From: Psammoneis japonica
Lineage: Eukaryota
Reading direction: 5' to 3'
DNA length: 64,000 nt
NCBI GenBank assembly: GCA_008632985.1
Contig: QPGO01000146.1
Coordinates: 62,001-126,000 of the forward strand
Position numbers and translations under genes: made by a program. The notes beneath the pieces are model-generated. The model was not told the origin of the DNA. It searched no databases and saw nothing but the letters and a program-made list of their open reading frames with translations. Below, piece by piece: positions 59,577 through 64,000 of this stretch. Positions within the stretch are counted from its first letter, which is position 1. Each line of letters starts with the position of its first letter.

Positions 59577-62500
59577 TTAAATGGCCGACTTTTTCTCTTC
59601 AACGCACCCCGTTGCATCGACTTCGCTTTTTGCACCTTTGCTCCGTCCACGGACAATCCGGCGTGCCATAGCCAAGCATTCATTTAGCAAAGTCCGCATT
59701 TCCTTGCTGTACTCGCTCAAATCAGTTTCTATTGGTTTCCCAGTGAATTCCGAAATGTCTTCAGTCTTTACTACTCTCAGTCCATCTTCTCCCATCATTG
59801 ACACCAACACACGCTGCACGGACTGGAGAGATTCTGCAAGCTTGGGATCCTTAGGCTCGCAATGCTTGGCAGGCCACGAGGGAGAATTCTCCACCTTTGC
59901 CATGCAAAACTTATCGGTATAGCGAACATTCGTCCATACCTCCGTGCTGGTAACAAACGACGTTTTGGGTGGATTCTTGTTGGAAGCTTTGGCACCTCGA
60001 GACCGTTTCAACCGCTCCTCTTCTTTCTCCCATTTCTTGAGTGCGTCATACAAAGCCTCTTCCTCGCCTTGGATCTTATTCAGAAGTTCCTCGGCATTCT
60101 TGACAAAAGCAAACACAAGCGCGGCAAATCGTGAAATCGTCTTGCATTCCTTTACCCCATCAACCCAGTCAACGCGATTGGCATTCTTATCGCCCTTGAG
60201 GCTACCAGTAATCATCATGGCTTCCCCACTCAACAACGACTCGTCGTTTGCTTCTTCATCCTTGTCTTCTTTTGGGTCTTCCTCCGCGCCAGAATCATCT
60301 CCGCTCTCGTCATCTTCTGGGTCATATCCACCATGACGAGCTAGAGTCTGCAGAGCAGCAGATTTGCATTCGCCGGCGGCATTGGGGTGATGCAACAAAA
60401 GCGCCGAACGCAATTCTGCAACCACACTGCTCAAGTGAGCTTTACGAGCAGCAGCAATGGCCTCCACGAGAACCTCGCGGATTTGACCATACCGACTGGT
60501 CGGAATGGACACCAAGGAATAAATCTTTTTCTTCCACGCAACCTTCTCACGGTCTTGGTCATTGTCGTCGTCTTCATCATCTTCGTTTGTCGCCACGGAC
60601 ATGTTGTCATCCGCCTCGTCAGCCTCGCGTGTCTGCATGGCTAGACCAGTGACTTCAAAGACTCGCTCTTCCAACTCCAACAAGAGCGGCTGCTCAAAGA
60701 TGGCGACAAGAAGATGGATTAGAAAATGCATGAGCGAAATATAGCGTTCTAAATTCAAGCAGCAGGATCGTACCTTTAGCGAAGCAAGTATCTGAGGAAC
60801 CGATTGGTTCGCAACTGTTACCGAAGAAAAAGAAGCCGGGCTATCAAGCCTTCTGCGTTTCTCTTCCGACCTAGGGGAGTGATCCGTTGCGCTGCGCTTG
60901 GAACCTGAATCGGGTGTACCAGGAAGCCTTGCGAGAATGTCGCCTTCGCTCTTAGGCTTCGACGGGGGACCAAGCAAATTGGGACTGGCACTATTCCATG
61001 CATGAACCAAATCTTCCAGACTGCTAATCCATGCTGAACGTCCTCCATTCGCACGCTCCCACGGCGACAAGGATTCGCAAAACTCTTCCAGCTCAAGCAT
61101 TTTCGAAACGGTTGATCCAACAATTCCTGTTCCGTCGATATTACCTGTACTCCATAGAATACTACACGGCATGGGTTTCAACTGATTCGTTTGCGCCTCC
61201 TCTCTCATTCTCCTCGTTTCACGACGCCCGGCATTGTCAAACTTTCGAAGCGCCTCGAGTCCCGTCATTTCTACATGATCCACCACTTTGGGAAGTTTGT
61301 CCTCTTTAATGCGCCTTTCTACTTTTTCAATCTCGAGCTCAACCTCGGAAAGCTCAATCTGTGCCCGAGTCGCCAACCTTCCGCTTCGACGACCTCCTTC
61401 TTCCTCTTCGGCGGCACAGAAATCCTGGCATTGGCGAGTCTTCGTCGAAGTTCTTCCAACTCCTTGATTCGTCCAGCCTTTTCACTCTTTTCCTTAATAT
61501 CGTCAAACAAAAACCTTCGTAGAGAGTAGGATCCGCCAGACGGTCCCATGAGTTCCTCGTACAGGTCATTTTCTCTCTTACCACGGAGGTCCAAACTCTC
61601 GACAAACTGATCAAAAAGAGATTTGGTTTCAATCACGTGCCAACTCGATTTTCGGGGAACATACTCGACCGGGTTGTCGTTGCTATTCTTGGGCGGCGTC
61701 TTGAGAACCTCCACGTACAGCATGCTTGGATCGTGATTGAAAAAGTACACGGCATTGAAATTACGATCGTATCCAACCGGCTCTCGGCGTGCAACAAGCT
61801 TTCGAAGTCCCTTTTCATAGGCATCGTTTGCCTTGATTTGAGCCTTGGTAGCCGCGTCCTGAAGGAACACAAGCCAATCGAGCTAATTAGAAGATACAGC
61901 AAGTAACAATCAAAATGCAATAGCCAACACCACGGACTTACAAATTGTCTCTTGGAAGCCGTCGGCTTGAACTTTGCTTCCTCTTGATCGCTAACCTTGT
62001 TTCGCTACCTTGAGAATCCAGGCTCTTGCGTCCCTCGGACTTTTCGTTTTCGCCACTCTTTTCGTCTCCTCATTATTATTATTAGGCTTTGTCCTGTTTG
62101 GTCGTTTCGGTCCCTCGTACGCCAATCGGATTTTTCGAAACTGCGAATCGGCAGACCTCTTGCCTTGAGCAGCTCGTACATTTGCTCGTCCCTGTCAAAG
62201 CGAAACAAAGCAAATATATGATGAGTACGTCTTGTAAACACTGCCGGAATTCTCAATACAAATGTCCTTACCGTTGAGCAATATCGGCCGAATTTCGGGT
62301 CGGGTCGCCAAGACATCATCCGTCAGGCCCGTAGCAATGCCATGAGTTCCTCAGCCGTCAAATTCCAAGGATCCTTGGTTTCCAACTTGACAAAGGCCCG
62401 ACACAAGGCACTCTTGGCATCTCCCAGATACGACGCTCCAGTGGCACTTTCTTTTCGTCATCGTCTGACTTGATTTCGTGCTCATCCGTGAGTCCAAACA

Positions 62501-63760
62501 GATATTCGACATTGATTTGAGAACCAGGTTCGACATTCTTATCGTCACTCCCACCCGTCGTGTAGTATCGTTCCATGGCATCCATGTATTGAAAACACAC
62601 TTCTCCCCACGAGGCCGGTCCTAGTCCTTTTTCGAGCTGCGCCAAATCCTTCTTGCTGTTGTCATTGTTGGACGACAAGAGCCACTGCAGGGCCGTAACA
62701 AATAAATGCGAAATCAGCGGAGGCACACTCCTTGTCTTTTTGGAATTGCCCAAGAGCACTTCTTGCGTCGCGTGGATCAAGTGAAGCATGGTAAATTCGG
62801 GAACGGCGTTTTGATTCAAACCAAATCCGACATCGCCACAAAAAAAGTGATAGACTTGCATCATGTCCGACACGAGTCCGTGGCCGTCGTCGCTCTTCGA
62901 GGCAAAACTAAAGGGCTGTAGATTGCGTCGAGGTGTCGTGGGCGGTGTTGTGCACGCAAAGAGACTGGGCAGAACCGGTCGGCGCTTGACCGCGGCGGGT
63001 GGTTTGACTCCCAATTCCTTATCTTCCAAGTGCAGCTTGGTATCCTCCATGGGAAACCGCCGTTTCTTGATGCGCTCGGCAATTTCCTTCTTGAGACGCT
63101 CCGCTCGTTCCTTGGCCAAACGCGCCTCTTCTTGTTTGCGCAACTTTTCCTTGAGGGCGTGTCGCTCTTGATCCGTCAAGTCATTGGTGGTATCGTGTGC
63201 CTTGGCCAAGAGCAGCTTTCGCTGCTTTTCCCGGTCCGCAGCACGTTTCTTGACGAGTTCTTCTTCACGTTTGGCTTTTTGTTTTTTGGCATCTTCTTGG
63301 CGTTTGCGATTGCGTTTGCGTTCCAAGTTCTTCTGCTTTTTGGTCCATTCCGAATTAATTTTGAATGAAGCTTTTACTTTGACAAAGCGGCCCGACTTGA
63401 CACCACTCTTGAGAGCAAGACCCAAGCGAGAACGAAACACTTGGGGTGGCACTTCTTGGAGGTGTTTGTATTGTGACATAATGTACTTGGTAATGGCCAC
63501 TTGACTGGATCCGGAACGGTCCTTGAGAGCGACAATGGCCTCGTGCACCATGACGAGATAGGTTTTCTTGCTAGTAGTAGTAGAGCTCTTTGCTTTCTTA
63601 GTAGTAGCATCATCCTCTTTTCCAGCTTCTGACTTGCTAGAGGTAGGCGTCTTTTTCTTGGTGACTTTCACAGTTCCATCGGGAGACACGGCTTCCATGA
63701 CAAGGATTTTGGATCCGGTCTCTGCTAATTTTTTAGATGCGTCATCCGGCGAAACCAGCA
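59577..63760 (-). CDS. Large chromatin protein: linker-histone H1/H15 globular domain, DDT/WHIM/WSD-like motifs and PWWP-like C-terminus; several introns and apparent 1-bp indels; 5' end uncertain
   Basis: TYLVMVHEAIVALKDRSGSSQVAITKYI...LKSGVKSGRFVKVKASFKI; RFPMED; DMMQVYHFF; DPWNLTAEELMALLRA; RREPVGYDRNFNAVYFF; SLDLRGKRENDL; CMAKVENSPSWPAK. Confidence 0.75.
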
Positions 63761-64000
63761 GCAGCCACTGAAGGAGACGCCGGTGGCCTTTCCTCCTGCA
63801 TCTGTTGTGGTTGTCAGAAAACAAAGAAAAAGTGAGGCAAAATGTGAGTCCAGCTGTGTACAGAAGAAGTAAAGTGTGGTTGAGATGTGGAAGCGAGGGA
63901 GGAGGCATACAACACTCTCGGAATATTCTGTTTCTCTCGCTGCTTCTGCCCCCTCTCGTGTCGCTGCTCGATCGACTCCGTATCGTCTCTACGCAACGCG

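Noticed and set aside
2550..63760. Frameshifts in many host genes (about 3143, 3835, 22955, 38278, 42250, 55914, 61420, 62325, 62450) as programmed frameshifting or pseudogenisation
   Set aside because: They are single-base indels, often at short homopolymers, scattered through otherwise conserved genes; most simply long-read consensus errors. Indel errors do not explain the context-specific substitutions in the deserts, though raw reads should be checked.

Overview
Eukaryotic, gene-dense window, most likely a diatom (short GT-AG introns, HSF and DUF6824 genes, diatom-type METH and copia remnants). About 20 ordinary host genes alternate with four sharply bounded domains (about 4550-9133, 17530-19908, 26900-28150 and 44030-54475) from which the TpA dinucleotide is almost completely erased. 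These domains hold a CRE-like non-LTR retrotransposon, a non-autonomous copia LTR element (TG..CA LTRs, GAGGG target-site duplication, 42-bp hairpin array) and copies or fragments of host genes (ERI1-like exonuclease, METH, a duplicate of the gene at 57.2-58.0 kb). Aligning that duplicate by eye with its intact template shows that nearly every TA became TG or CA (A>G on either strand), alongside partial CG>TG/CA decay. This looks like a repeat-directed hypermutation process that is the chemical mirror image of fungal RIP, and it is the main candidate for an undescribed system. All counts are by eye. Several host genes carry single-base frameshifts that are probably assembly errors.
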